A program made the position numbers and the translations under genes. A stretch of DNA of 64,000 nt from Camelus ferus (Eukaryota). Below the pieces are notes generated by a model, which saw only the letters and a program-made list of their open reading frames with translations, did not search any database and was not told the origin of the DNA. The stretch is taken from contig NC_045707.1 of the NCBI RefSeq assembly GCF_009834535.1, positions 48,486,001 through 48,550,000 of the forward strand, in the 5' to 3' direction. Shown here in pieces: positions 26,331-40,619 of the stretch; positions within the stretch are counted from its first letter, which is position 1, and every line of letters begins with the position of its first letter.

Positions 26331-27956
26331 TATAATAAAAGAGCTTACTACCTAAATTCAAAATGATAATATGGGAATTGTATCCTTGCCTCACTGTTTC
26401 ATGATATTTCATTTGAATTTTACTCCATTCAGGAAGGCGGGGTAGGAAGGTTTCATTATGGACCTTTCACAGTGAGAAAGCAGCAGACTTTTATAACTGG
26501 ACAAAATGATACAGTTAATACGTGGTGGAACCAAGATTTACAACTAGGTGTTTAAACACCCAGGCCACCTATCACTAAACTCTGATTTTCCCATTAAAAA
26601 TATTACTTAAATGTTTAATGGATGCTCTGAATACTTTCCATATAAAAGCTTTGGGGTTCAGACTTTTACAATCCATTTTCATTTTCCCACAGAGGTAATT
26701 TAGCTTGTTGTTACTGCACCCTGTCCCATTCCTGTCTCACATGGTGTCTTTGCTGGGCTAGAGTGAATGGATATGCAGGTGAGCAGGCACTGTGAAGAGG
26801 GTGTGCATTTTTAAATATGACAAACTCAGTCTCTCAAAATCCAAAGGACATAGATGCCTTTTATGTAAATCAAAAAAAAAAAAAAAAAAGACTCTGCGAG
26901 TCCTTCAACATGACAACATATAGTTAGAAGGGCAATTTTGATGACTGTTATGACAACCATATTCAGAGTCCCTGCTCTATTTACCTCATGTTTGGAGAAA
27001 ATGAACTTGAAATTGATGGATAAGGAATCACAGGGTACTTCCCATGACAAAACAACCACAGTGGTGCATCAATTAAAACAAGCAGGGTTGTTGGTCAAGG
27101 TCAGAGACGATAAGAGAATCATTGCTTGGTCTGGGAGTTGGTCCGAAGCTTTATCAGCTGTGGCAACAGCAAAACAGGATCTCACAGTTTTGACTGAGGT
27201 CCCTAAAGATCTCATTCAATACCATTCACTCTGATAGTTATTAGTTGTGTAGCTTTAACCTCATTGTAAGGTGGGGATGTTACTATCACTTCACAGGAAG
27301 TTTAGATGAAAACTACAGGTAAATATATATAACAGAGAAGTCACCAAATGGTAGGCACTAGTAAGGTTTTTTTTTTTGTTTTTATTTTAAGGAGAACCCA
27401 TGAGGTCATTTCTATATTCACCATTTAACACATAAAGGTAAGTGAAGCTCAGAGAATGTATTTGAAGTTATGCAGCTATTAAGAAGTTGACATTGGGATT
27501 CAATTAGATCTTGTGACCCTTAGGTAAATCCTACTTTACCATGCTGCCTTCCCTTATTTATTTTTAAACCATAGACATGGGGCGCAGTTGAAGCATTTCT
27601 CTATTTTGCTTCATTCATGACATTTAAAAAAACTCTACAGATCTACAGACTCCTGATGATTAATCACAATTAAACATGGTACTGGAGCTGTATTATTATC
27701 ACCTCCTTTCTCTGAAGAAGAACGTGTACCAGCATGGCTGGTATGGCCTGAAAACTACAGCACACCCATAAATTGGGCATCTTACTTCAGTCTGACCACA
27801 ATGGCTCCACAGTATAATAAAACACAGCAGCAGATACTGGGAGGCAAGCCAAGTATTGATTAGCTCTTACGTGCTGCCTGCTATGGGAATTTCTGAGTTT
27901 CACACAAATGAAAGTACAAATTGTTTTTTGGAAATCATTGCAAGAGCTTTACACAG

Positions 27957-28036
27957 ATGACTGACTGACTATCTATCTACCAATCTATCTATCTATCTGT
28001 CTTACACACATACATGCACGCACATACACACACACG
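27957..28036. repeat. Compound microsatellite (TGAC)n(TATC)n(CA)n
   Basis: Directly visible. Confidence 0.9.
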
Positions 28037-28391
28037 ACACATAAATAGAAATAAAAACAAAGAGGAAACATTTAGAGAACTTTGTCCTCAGCTTATGTAC
28101 AGGAATACTCTCCCACCACAGGTGACAAAGATGGAGTGAGTATGAACAGAGAAGGGAGCAGCCTGTCCTTATGTGCTCTGCACATTGAGTTAAAGTGTCC
28201 CCTTAAACATAAAACTTCGTCATTTCCCTTCTACCACTGATTGCATATAAGCAGTTCAACATGACAAACAAAATAAATGTTACATAATGGTTTTTAGTGC
28301 TTGGATTTACTAGAGGGAATGGATGAATGAATTTACTTGTGAGTTGAGAATCATATGGGGTCTCTGCCATTTAGAGGCTAAATATTTAGTC

Positions 28392-28910
28392 CTTCATTTA
28401 ATAAATATGTTAAAATTGCCTATTATATGCAAGCACATTAATAGGTATTAGGGACAAAATCATGAGAAAAGTATATGTGGACTTACTCTTAAGGAATTTA
28501 TTATTTTGTAGGCAAGACAGACATTAGTAAGCATAAAAATAAGTGCTAGCAAGAAATGTATGGAACAGCATGAGAGAAGAGGAGAATCCAGCCAAGTCTG
28601 GAGGGTTACAGATAACTTCAATGAAGAAGTGACCTTGAGTCAAAATGAGAATAAGTCAGAGTGAGGTAAAGTACAGGAAGAAAACATGGCAGACATGTTT
28701 TGAGACAGAGTGTGCTCAAAGTCTATGGAAAACAAAGAGTATAGTACACAAAGAGGACTGAGTGTAGGGCAGTATGGCTGGAATAAAGAGAGAAAAGGCG
28801 ATACCGATGTGTGATGACAACTGGAAAAACAGAGAGATGAGACCCAACCGGACCTCGTGGGTCATAATGAGAACTTTATGCAGGTGGACTGCAATGCTTT
28901 AATGCAGTGG
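28392..28910 (-). mobile_element. LINE-2 3' fragment
   Basis: ttcatttaataaatatgtt...gcctattatatgcaagcac...gaagaagtgaccttgag...cagtatggctggaataaagagag. Confidence 0.8.
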
Positions 28911-31269
28911 ATCACAGTGTTTCAACTGCATCTTGTTTTCTTTGAAATGTGTAATTAATATGCTAACCAATTCAATTAGTAGTAATTACATTGCTGTTAT
29001 TATTGTTATTATTACCATTATTATTATTATTATAAATTTCTCTACAATCTGCCAGATTGTCCATGAAGCTAATTCTGTTGTTTGTGGTTATCAGGACCAC
29101 TTGTTCTATTGATTTTCATCTTGGGACATAGTGATTACTAGCATATGGTCTGGTTAAAAAAAGTGCAACTTTGGCAAACATATACATTTTTAAAATACGA
29201 TACTTTCCTTCATATCCAGAATATACAAAAATCTGTTGAAATGTAAATGCTCAACTTTAAGTGTTAATACGATTTTCAAGTTTTGTGTGAAGTTAAAACT
29301 TAAATACATCTCAGATTTAAAAAAAAACATTTATAGCTCCCTTTTACGGTTACATTTTGACTCAAGAATCAGGACATTTCATCTGATTTGCCTGTGAATG
29401 CCTGCTATAAACACTTTCCCTAACTTTACCTTTCTCTTCTTTCCAGTGATCTCTTTAACAGGAACAATTTTTGTAACTGTTATAGGCAACATCAATTACA
29501 GTATATTATCTAAGATTGGGCTTATTGAATGTTCTCTGGGCATTGCAATGGACAAACCTAGAATTTCCCAGTATTACTAAACACAGTTAATAGAAAAAAA
29601 ATACTGTAAGAATATTTTAGAATAATTTAGAATAATATCAATAAGTAATGTTTTACAGCACATTTCCACTGAGAAAGAATCTTAAAATGTGTGATTTCAT
29701 TTGAGTAGTTAACAACTCTGTGAGATATAGAAAGTGTCATCATTTTCATTTTATAGCCCAGGATATTGAAAGTCAGAGACAAAGTTCTTTGCCAAAGGAC
29801 ATCCAATAGTTGACTATGGTGAAATCTTTGTTTTCTGTTCCATTTCTCATTCTCCTTCTATTACTCCACTACTCATCATACATGTGTAGTCACATATTTG
29901 GCAAATTGGAGATTTTTTTCCCCAACTTTCTAGTATCAAAATCTGTGGCAGCAGAGAGAATCCGAGGAACCGAACTCATCATTTCAAAGTAATACTTTTC
30001 CCCTTTGACATCTCTCCTTGTGTTTTTTATTATCTCCTCAATTTACGGATGTTCTGAGCCTCAATATCCTGATTTTTTTCAAAACCTGAAATTATATTAT
30101 TTTTCTCAAGGTATCCTTTCTTCTTTGTTCCATCTTAGTGTTAATGATGGACCAATTCTTCCTGACACTGAAGATTTCAACCTCAGTGTGATTCTGAGAT
30201 CCTTTCTTAATTCCCTTTGACATACAGAATGGATTAACCCAGTCATCTTTTCTTACAGTGTTGCCTGATGCTGTCTTTCCCTCTTTCCTTTCTGAAGTGC
30301 CTATCTAGAGGTAGACATCCAGTGTGCATATAGTTATGTTCTCAGGAAAAGATGCAACCAACCTTTCCTCTCTCATTATTGTAATCTCCAAGAAGCTGAT
30401 TGTTAAGAGCTTCTCTTGTAATGGCCACACTTTCACATCTCATTGAAAAGGTTGGAATGAATTAATTGAAACATTTAACCAATTACATTTATGCTCAGAA
30501 TATCACGATAAAATGAGAAATTGTATGTAAGGGGATTTTCTGGTTACTTGAATTATATTTTTACAGCAACATTTTTGTTTTAACTATTTGTAACCCAAAT
30601 ATCCCAGGACAGTGAGATACTTGAGTCTGACAGACTCCTTTATCCCCCTCTGCTGACGTTCCCACCTTAACTTCTGTAGTTTTTGACAATTATTTCTAGG
30701 TATCTCCAGAGGCATTTAACATAGTTTTCACAAGCATTCTCCCTTGAATTCTATTGCAAAGTCCCATTTCTCCTGCCCCTGGGGCTGCTTCTTCACCAAA
30801 TGTATGTTCTCTAACCCTGCTCCACTGGGCTCCAACATTTTTGCTAGATTGCAACACTGCTGTGCCATGGCCCCTACAGCACAAATTGGGCGTTGCCTTC
30901 TCCTCTCTCCTTAGCCCCAGGCCCTGCTGGGTACTGCCACTCCATTAGGTTGGGGGTCCCATTGGTATTCCATGCTGCTTTAGAGTACTAAAATCTTTAC
31001 TGCTACTCTTCCAGGGGCTCATTGATAGACGCCTAAGTACTCATTGTGCCAAAACCCCAGGGTATCCTACGACAGAGTGGGCAACCCTAAAACAATGATG
31101 GTTGGGTTGAGATTTGTGTTATGGTTTAGTTGAAATAACTTCCTCAAGTTTTATTTGTTTTATTTTGTTGCTTCTTAGTTCCAGGTCATTGATTTAATCA
31201 CTTCCATCACTGATCTGCAAAGTCCCTCTCAAGTTTTTTCCTTTCTATATGTTCGCCCTCATCTCTATT

Positions 31270-31790
31270 TCCTCTTCTCTTTATACTCAATCATTCTAAT
31301 GTGTTTAGGGTGTATCTTTTTCATTGGATAACTATACTTTTGAACTACATATTGTTATTTTGAACAAGTGTCATATTAAGCCATCCATATATTACAACTA
31401 TTTCTTTTTTTTTTTCTTGTCACTATGCTTTCAAGTTTGCTATAGGTACATCTAGTCCGTTGTTTCTGACTGTTGCATGGTACCTCAGCATGTGTACCCA
31501 CAGCATTCTGCATATCCACTGCCAGTTACAGACACCCAGATTGTAGCTAACTCATCACCATCTCGAGTAATGTTTCAATTTACAGGAGGGATTGTATCCC
31601 CCTGTGATCCTGTGTGAGGATTTGTTGGAGCCTCATACCTAGAAGAAGAACAGCTGGACAACAGAGTATGCACACACTTAAGTACATGCTTCCACGTTGT
31701 CCTCCAGGAAACAGTACCAATCTACATTCTCACCACTATATGAGGATTTCTGTCTATATCCACACTATACTAACACTTGGAATTATCTGG
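31270..31790 (-). mobile_element. Old L1M 3' fragment
   Basis: ctatgctttcaagtttgc...catacctagaagaagaacagctggac...accaatctacattctcaccactatatgagg. Confidence 0.7.
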
Positions 31791-31799
31791 CAAGGTACA

Positions 31800-31950
31800 G
31801 ATGTTCACCAATATTTCTGATTTTCTTCTTTCTGGACATAAGGTAGTGTACTTTCATACCCCTTGAAGTTAGATGTGGCTATGTGACTTGCTTCGAGCAA
31901 TGGAATATGTACAGAAGTGACATGAGAGTTGCTGCCTGAGTTGCCATGTA
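31800..31950 (+). mobile_element. MLT1 (I/J-like) LTR fragment
   Basis: cccttgaagttagatgtggctatgtgacttgcttcgagcaatggaatatgtacagaagtgacatg. Confidence 0.7.
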
Positions 31951-32709
31951 AGGCATATTATTGGGTCAGGTTGTTGTACTTGGCTACATCTTTCTTTGTT
32001 TAAAGCTCCTTTACGTGAAATCTCTTTCAGTGGGTGGACACTGTGGGATCCCTCTAGCATTCCCCAGATATGATCAATATCCTTGAGCATCTATCATTAG
32101 ACACAGACCTGGCTCAAGAAGAGAGGCCTGTTAGAGATGTCTCCCATATGCCCACATTTTTCTGCCTTTTCAGGTAGAGTTTATTGAGTATTTTCTTGAT
32201 ATGGCCAAGTCCAAGGTTTAAAATGTCAAATACTGCAAAATATTGTATTAGAAAGATATGCTCAGGAACTCCGGACACGTACAGGGCAGTATTACATTAA
32301 GCTAAAAAGCCCAGAGAAATGATGTTATTTGGGATCTTGCGTCCACTTTTGCATAATTTTCTCTTCTCTTTCATCCTATTGTTCTTCAGGTACTCTGCAT
32401 CCTGTTAACGTCCTTGCTCCTTCAGATCCTCTCAATTCCTCCATGAAAGCAGGAGCAATGGCATTTTTTTTTAATCACCTCTGCATATTCAGTGCATGCC
32501 TTTCTTATAATATGCGCTTAATTAATCTTTTTGTTGAATTTGGTATGATTGCAAAACATGAGAAGTAGGATTATTTTAATGGCCTGAAACAACTGTAAAT
32601 ATTTCTTGAGGGAGGGACTGAGGGGTCACCTATGGATAAATTGAAGAAGCTTTAGTGTCAGTATTTAATGAGCTCATTTTGGTTCATCAAAGATCATTTG
32701 TGCCACTGA

Positions 32710-32992
32710 TTTTTACTGAGGTATAACTGACATGTAACATTATATTTGTTTCAGGTGTAAAATATAATGATTCAATATTTGTATATGTTGCAAAAGTGAT
32801 CACCACAATAAGTCTAATTAACTTAGTCACCATATGTAGTCACAATTGTTTTGCTTGTGATGAGAACTTTTAGGATCCACTCTCTTAAGAACTTCCAAGA
32901 ATGCAATACACTATTATAAACTGCAGTCACCATTCTGTACCTTACATTCCCAGGACTTATTTTATAGCTGGAAGTTTGTACCTTTTGACTCC
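32710..32992 (-). mobile_element. LINE-1 3' UTR (L1MA9-like)
   Basis: tttttactgaggtataactgacat...gatgagaacttttaggatccactctctta...ctggaagtttgtaccttttgac. Confidence 0.9.
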
Positions 32993-35507
32993 AGCTTTTT
33001 AAATTACTGATTCTCAGTTATGTTCTAATTGGTTGAGGTTACACAGCAAATGTTCTTTGAAATAACTGAAATTGTTATTACTATTATTATTTTTAATGTT
33101 TGGTAAGTCCAAAGAGCAAAACCTTTGAGGTATTTGGGATACAAAAACTTTCAGGGAGGACATCAGAATGTTTTTTTTTTTTAATCAATCTGTGTTCTCT
33201 CATTTATAATTTCAGATATCTACATTAGATCATCTTTTAGTCCTTACTTCCTCAGATATGCACTATTGATTCTATGTTAGTATTTCTATGTTAGAAGCTT
33301 TTAATTTTTTTATTTAAAGCTTAAAAATTTAAATGTTTACAGATAGATGTTTTAAAATATCCAGATGCCTGACTTTCAGTTTTATAGATAATATATTCAA
33401 ATGTGTTGGTATATAGGGTATGGTTTGGGGGGAAAAAAGCAAATCTTATTTTAGAAAAACAATGTTTTTACATAGCACACAGCTGAATACATTTTAATGT
33501 ATAAACAAAACAAAATTTAAGATAATACTTGTTACCCATTTGGCAACTACTACTAATTCCATATTCTTAAAGTTATGAAACATCATTTCAACGGTGGTCC
33601 TTTTCAAAGTGTCACCAGTGTATTTCTACCTGAAACACTTTTTAATAATTTCAGATCAGGCAACAAGGAATCAGCTAAAGGCTCAAAGGTGCTACATGAA
33701 GACAATAACATTCTGTTTTACTTTTAAAGGTGCATCTTATCTTGTTTAACCACATGTGAAGTGGTGCTAAGTGGCAGACTGACGGGGGGGGGGGGGTTAT
33801 TAGTCAAGGGCAGCTTACTGAGTAAGCTCAGTTCTGACAACAGAGTGTGGGTCAGTTATGCACCTTCCTGAGCCCAAACAGTGGGGACGAATTAGTCCCC
33901 AGGTGCCAATGGCAGCCAAAAAGGTCTGCAGTATGGCTCTTAATTGACAAGAGGGCTATATGGGCACACAATAGTGGCCTGCTCTGACCTGTAAGGGGAA
34001 AACAAGGATTCACTCTGGGGTTAGGAAGTTAACAAAGGCCAAAGAACTGGTTAGAGATGAGCCAAGACTAGAACTCTTTTTTTTTTTGCATCCTACTCAG
34101 ACTTTCTCAGACAGCGCACTGCCTCTAGGTTACATCTTACATAACTTTTCTTTTTGGCTTTATGGAATATTTTACATTTGCACCTTCTTCATACTCTGCA
34201 ATACAGCTTTTTTCCTGACCTATATTCATTTAAATATGTCACACTGAGAGAAAAAGAGGCCTCATTTTATGAAATTCTTTAAGAGGTACTATGTAACTAT
34301 CCACACTAATGTTGACTCTAGAAATTTCCATTGTTCCATCCAGTCTGGTATATATTTTAATAATAACCAGAGGTGTTTGTCAGCTGTTACACATGTATAA
34401 TAATGACCCAAGGTGTTTGTCACCTTAGGGCTTTATGCAGGCAACAAAAGCATTCATTAAGAAAAATGACCTCATATACTATAATGAGGAATATATGTAT
34501 TTTCCAGTATGGAATGCTCTAAAATACAAGCCTGGTTTCCTGAGACCATTCTCCATTTCCTCTTCAACAAGCAGAGGAGCGTAATGTGACTCAATTGGCT
34601 ATGGATATTTTCATTTAAGTTGGGAGAATCTTCCTGTAAATGAAGCTTACTTTGTCCCAACTTACATCTCTCTTGGGATGTCTACTTGTTGATTCCAGGT
34701 ATCTCTTAATAGGCCTTTTTTTTTTTATGACTAGTCTCAAAATACCTACTTAAAGTGCAAAAAGTTGTATGTTTTGTTGTCTGCTGGAAGCTTTGCTGCT
34801 TTCCAATATATTCTGCAAAATGTTGCAAAGAGTGTGAAACTTCAGAGTTCTGTTTCTCTGAGATTTCTGTGTCTGTTTCCTTTGCTGGCTGCATTCTCTT
34901 TTAGGTTTATTATTTCTGATGAGAAAGCTATTTTAAATCTAATTTGCCTGGAAGAGTCTCCTCCAAAAATGAATCCCCCCATTGTGCAAAATATAGCCAT
35001 TGTTGTATTTTCTTGGTATCCCTATAGCAGCAGTAGCTCAGAAGTAGCTCTGAGGAGCTGATGGTTTAATCATTTCTTGCCCAATATCATTTGAGTTACA
35101 CTAATATAATTGTTTTCCTATCAGATGGCCTCGTAACATAATCCAAGTGCTTTCAGTAGCTGCTTTCAAGGCAGTGTCTATACAACATCACACATTTGAT
35201 TAAAGAGTTGGAAAATTATTATAAAACAAAAACAGTCATTTTTATATTTTGGAATTATTTATGAATATATATACCTTCCTAAATAATTCGAAGTTAAATA
35301 TAAAATATACATGTTGGTGATTAATTTAAGATGATTGGATTTAGTGAGCATAATATGGCCAAAAGGGGTCAATTGAACAATCATTTTTCAAGTGTGTACT
35401 ATGTGCAAGGAATCCTTGGAGTTATAGTGATGAGCAAACCCAGTTCTTTCTTCTAAAGAATCTAAAACTAGAAAAGATAAAAAGTTATGTATGTAAGAAA
35501 GAAATAA

Positions 35508-35567
35508 ATACATACATACATACATACATACATACATACATACATACATACATACATAAATAAATAA
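35508..35567. repeat. (ATAC)n tetranucleotide microsatellite (about 12 units) followed by (AAAT)n
   Basis: Directly visible. Confidence 0.95.
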
Positions 35568-36276
35568 AGGTCCCAGCTATGGTCTAGTCCCTGCTTACTG
35601 CTGCATTTTGGACTTCGTTGGATAGGTAGAATGAATCAACAGAACCTATTTTGCATCATTTGACTTGAGAGGTTGGGATTGAAGGGGCAGGAAGGAGCCA
35701 ACGTAGGCTCTCACACTGTATGAGTGGGGATGAAAGAGGATGAGCTGGGAGAAGCAGCTTGGACTCTGTTTCAAAGACTGGTCCCATAGACTTTAACAAA
35801 AAATTTCATAAGTGACCATTTTACTTTATTAAGACTACTATATTCAAATGATTTCATACGTTTTCCACTAAATCCTCTCAATACAGGGAAGTCTTTCTGG
35901 TTTTGGTTCTTCTACAGTTGTTCTGAAATCAGGTAAAAAAATGAAATAATTTGCCTGACACATGAACATACTAGATTTAAAAGATAAACAGACCACTTAT
36001 AACTAAAGCACAAGATAACTTTAAAGATGATATCTCTGTTTAATATTGTTCAAAAAGAATCAGAAACATACATTTTTTGTGAATCTTCTTTCATTACTAT
36101 TAAAAGGTAATCACTTCAGCCATATGGAGACAGGAACTATAAGCAGGAAAGGAAGAGCTGTATTTTACGAGGGAGTCTATGAGATGTGTGTTCACAAGCC
36201 ACCTACTTTCATGCCAATGTGGAAGAGTGTGATGTAGGGGAACAGGGACATTACCTTGTTTCTGTTTGGGCTAGGA

Positions 36277-36321
36277 CTGCTTTGGGAAAACAAAGTGCTG
36301 CTTTGGGAAAACAAAGTGCTG
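36277..36321. repeat. Perfect 21-bp tandem duplication (ctgctttgggaaaacaaagtg x2)
   Basis: Directly visible. Confidence 0.95.
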
Positions 36322-36649
36322 TTTAGGCATGTGAATATTTACAGATTTGGAGGAGTCAACAATGGATCTAAAACAGAATATGGTCAGTGCCTTGTAATAG
36401 CAGAGACAATTTGTGAGTTTAAGTGAGAACATTCTGGAACTTCTCAGACAGAACTAAGGAAAACTGAAGGGATCACAATAGTCTGCTAGTGAGCAGAAGT
36501 GGGTGACATGATTATTATTGCTACTGGCGTGGTCCCTTTCAATGCACAGACTTGCGAAGCCTTGTAAGAACCGTGAACATGTGAAAATTAGGTAAATCGA
36601 TCAGTAACTTTTATCTGTTATGTCACAGTGCCAAGAGAAGAAAGTGAGC

Positions 36650-36860
36650 ATTAGGGTTCTGGCTTTCCATCTGAATTTGAGCACCTATAAGCTGTAGGTC
36701 TCTGGGAAACTCATTTAATTTACCTGGGCTTCAGAATATCTCCCATAAAGTTGAGATCAAAATGCCAAATAAACAGATTTTCATGATGAATAAATAACAT
36801 ATAGAAAAATACTTTGCATACTGCCTTACTCATAGAGATTCTAGACAAATTTAGTTGCTA
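36650..36860 (+). mobile_element. MIR SINE
   Basis: taagctgtaggtctctgggaaactcatttaatttacctgggcttcag...tgaataaataacatatagaaaaatacttt. Confidence 0.6.
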
Positions 36861-37634
36861 TTTTGTTCACTTTCTGTTCTACATTGGACAGCTGTTTTAA
36901 ATGATATTTTTTAAATGACTGTTACTAGAAATTTTTCTTACCAACATTTATACATGTGTTATTTATTTTTTGCTATCATCAAAATGAATTTGATACAACT
37001 TACGTTATTACAAAAACAGGAAACACAATTACTAAAAAAATTAAACAAGATTGTTTAATAAACCTTATATAGCTCACTTAAATTTTTTCCTCTTCTCCAA
37101 ACCTTCAAGACAAGACAAGCCAAAATGCTAATCTTTATACAGACTGCAAAGTCCCAGATCTAGATGTTTCCTTTTCCTCCTTGGCCTCCTTTTAATTCAG
37201 TCTTTAGGAACCAACCAACAGCTGTATCATCCTACTCAACCTTGATTGTTCAGGTGCCTTAGCTTCTCTTCCCCCCATCTCCCCTGACAAGTATTCTGGA
37301 CAGTAGCTGTGGCTAAACATGGATAGGGCTATTTACTGTCTCCCCTAAAACACCAGTACAGTTTCTTTCTTTATATGTTGTTGTTCATTACCTATTTGTA
37401 AGCTGTACTAAATGGAAACATAATACAGAATTATTCTCTAAGAACTAAGGGAAAAAACAGAATTAGATAATTTAGCTCTTCATTAAATAAAGTGCAGTAA
37501 AGTCATTTAGAAAGACTACATTTATTACATTTTCTAGGATAAATATACCTCATAGATCAAATACAAAGGTTTTTTACATGACATTAACCAATAAGTGAAA
37601 AGAGCTCTCCAAAGATTAAAAAATCTGTTAAAAA

Positions 37635-37646
37635 TAGATATCCACA

Positions 37647-37680
<34 letters not shown>

Positions 37681-38765
37681 ATCTAGACACTGACATTATA
37701 CTCTTCACAAAAGTTAACTTAAGATGAATCACAGACCTAAATGTAAAACACAACACTATAAAACTCATAGAAGACAACATAGGAGAAAAGCTAGATGACC
37801 ATGCTTATGGTGGTAATCTGTTAGATACGACATCAAAGACACGGTCCATGAAAGAAATAAAAAAAGGTAATTGATAAGCTAGGCTGCATTAAAATGAACA
37901 CTTCTGCTCTCCAAAAGACAGTGTCAAGAGAATGAGAAGACAAACCACAGACTGAGAGAAAATAATTACAAAAGACACACTGGATACAATACTATTATGC
38001 AAAATATATTATGAACTCCTGAAACTCAGCTGTAAGAAGACAAACAACTTGATTGAAAAATAGGCCAATGATCTTAATAAACATCACCTCAAAGAAGATA
38101 TACATATGACAAACACACATAAATAAAGATGCCCCACATCGTAAGTCATCAGGGAAATGCAAATCAAAACAATGAGGTACTACTGCACACCTATTAGAAT
38201 GGTCAAAACCCAGAACACTGATAACACCAAATGCTGGTGAGGATCTAGAGCAATAGGAACTCTCATTCATTGCTTGTGGAAATGCAAAATGGTACAGCCA
38301 CTTTGGAAGACAGTTTGGTGGTTTCTTACAAAACTAAATATACTCTTACCATTTGATCAAAAAGTAGCACTTCTTGATATTTACCCAAAGGAGTTGAAAA
38401 CTTATATTCACAAAAAAACCTGCACATGGATGTTTATAGAAGCTTTATTCATAATTGCCAAAATTTGGAAGCCACCAAGATGTCCTCCGGTAGTCAAATG
38501 GATATATCAACTGGTATATCCAGATAATGGGATATTATTCAGCACTGAAAAGAAATGATCTATCAAGCCATAAAAGGATATGGAGGAACCTTAAATGCAT
38601 ATTACTAACTGCAAGAAGCCAGTTTGAAAAGGTTACGTATTATAACAGATGTATCACTCTTGTGGGGGATTTTGAAAATGGAGGAGGCTGGGCATGTGTG
38701 AGGGGAGCGGGTACGTGGGAAATCTCTGTACTTTACTCTCAATTTTATTATGAACCTAAAACAAC
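37635..38765 (+). mobile_element. LINE-1 ORF2 3' part and 3' UTR (L1MC/L1MD-like) with an expanded internal poly(A) at about 37650-37678
   Basis: ORF 38274-38558 (WKCKMVQPLWKTVWWFLTKLNILLPFD...LLDIYPKELKTY...CTWMFIEALFIIAK) is the L1 ORF2 C-terminus; stops and frameshifts elsewhere. Confidence 0.95.
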
Positions 38766-40619
38766 TCATACACACACACACACATGTATATGTTTTGGGA
38801 AAGCTACTATCAACAACAACAGGAATCTTTGTTAAGATAAATTTTTCTTTTATTACACATAATCCAATTTTAACTTCAGGAAGATGAATGACATTATTCA
38901 GCAATGTTGTATCCTGATTATATTTCTTAACATAGCTCAGAGCTTGGAGAATTTGTAAGAGTGGCTGGTTAGCTTGTCTCTTTAAATCATCCCATATTCA
39001 AGTAAATTTTGACAAGACCTGGTTATTTGCAGTCAGTTTGTGGTGTAACTCTCTGACAAGTGCCCAAAGCACAGATATCTGTGTTGCTGATTAAAGAGCA
39101 CTACAGGCATCTTACATACCAGAGGTGCAGATGGCAGAGTTTATAAAATCTTCTGGAATGTTTGGAGACTGTTTTGAATTCTTATCCGAATAGAAAGCCA
39201 TATAATTTCCAGAAAGCATAATGGTAGGACACAAGAGGGTAGGTATGTGTCTGTGTGTGGGCAGGGTAGGGAGATTTGAGGAGGAAGCAGGAAAGGGGGA
39301 GTATAATGGGACCATCAGGTCTGCTCAACTATTTCTATAAAACACTCATTAGATATCTGAGAGTTCTACACTTCAAAGTATGGAAGAGAAAATTACATTT
39401 TGAAATACCGCTTGTATTATATAACTTAAAAGAATACAAATTAGCAATTTATTGCTTTGACCAGAAAACTACAACAGAGTGACCCTGAAGTAATAGAATA
39501 GCTGCTTCTGGGAAAAAGAAAAAAAAAAAAAAACTCTTTTATTAGGAATAAGCAAATACATTTAATTGGGCTGAATATACTTTAGCAAGAATAAAGACTT
39601 GTGATTCATGGATTCTCTTTTCTTTTGTCCTTTTTTAGTAATAAATGTTAGATCGATGCTTTAAAATTCGTATAACTCCTGCACATACAAGTTTTCTTTT
39701 ACTCCCTCTCTTCCTTTCTTCTTTCCCTAGTATCTAGTACACTAGGCATGATGCTTGGCAAGCAGTTCCTTTATGAACAAAGCCAGGCATGACCCTTTGT
39801 CCCTCACTGGAGCTTATAATTTCTGCCTTTTATAGTACTTACTCATTTGCATTACCTTTAACAGTTTTATCCTAGCCCACTGAGCAAAGGGTAATAGAGT
39901 AGATGCAGGTGTCCTTTTATGGCAACCAAATCAATAGGTATGGCTGAGCCCTCCCCACCATAATCCCTTCCATTCCCAACAGTTACTTCTAGACATCCAC
40001 AGAATTCCACAGGGCTCACAAATGCTCTGTGTTACTCTAGTTTCTGAGCCCCACCCACCTCCTATACTCCTCTCTCTTAAGCTAATCCCAACTGCTAAGG
40101 GAACCAGCAGCCTTAAAATGCAAACACCTTTGGGAGGATTATTTTATTTATTTCTGTATTTAAATATAAGTTGCCTAACTAATGGGAAAAGCCATTAGTT
40201 TAATCACCTAGGTCTAAAACACAGAGGTAGAATTCTAGTTATTCATCCCAATAGTTCACCATCTCTATCCATCCTCCCCACAAAACATTCCAGGTGCACA
40301 GCAAGGGCAGTCTCTTCTGCCCTTGAGAAGGCAGAAGACCTTACATCATAATGTATTTAAATTAAGTTGTTACAGTTGTTCCTGATTCTTGTTCTGAAAC
40401 CCCAAAGCCTTCCTATGAGTGTGTGATCTATGACATCACCTCAAACATTCCTAGGACCTATGTTCTACTACCTTCTGTACAAGGCCACCTATACGTTCCG
40501 TTGGCAGTCAAATTTTGTACGTTTTCCTGCTTAAGGCATAGTAAACTTTTGGGTGATAATTAAAATCTCACACAATCTTCAAAAAGAAGCCAGTGGGAGG
40601 TAAAGTAGAAGCTAGTGTC

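Noticed and set aside
33480..33660. Possible mariner-like (MARNA-type) DNA transposon remnant
   Set aside because: Only a short resemblance (cttttcaaagtgtcacc) and no TIRs found; cannot be supported without a search.
33784..33796. Poly(G) run as a functional G-quadruplex
   Set aside because: Isolated homopolymer with no supporting context; length is prone to slippage or sequencing error.
38274..38558. 94-aa ORF with protein-like sequence (also 59312-59593 and 60312-60590)
   Set aside because: These are L1 ORF2 C-terminal or 3' UTR translations within truncated LINEs, not host genes.
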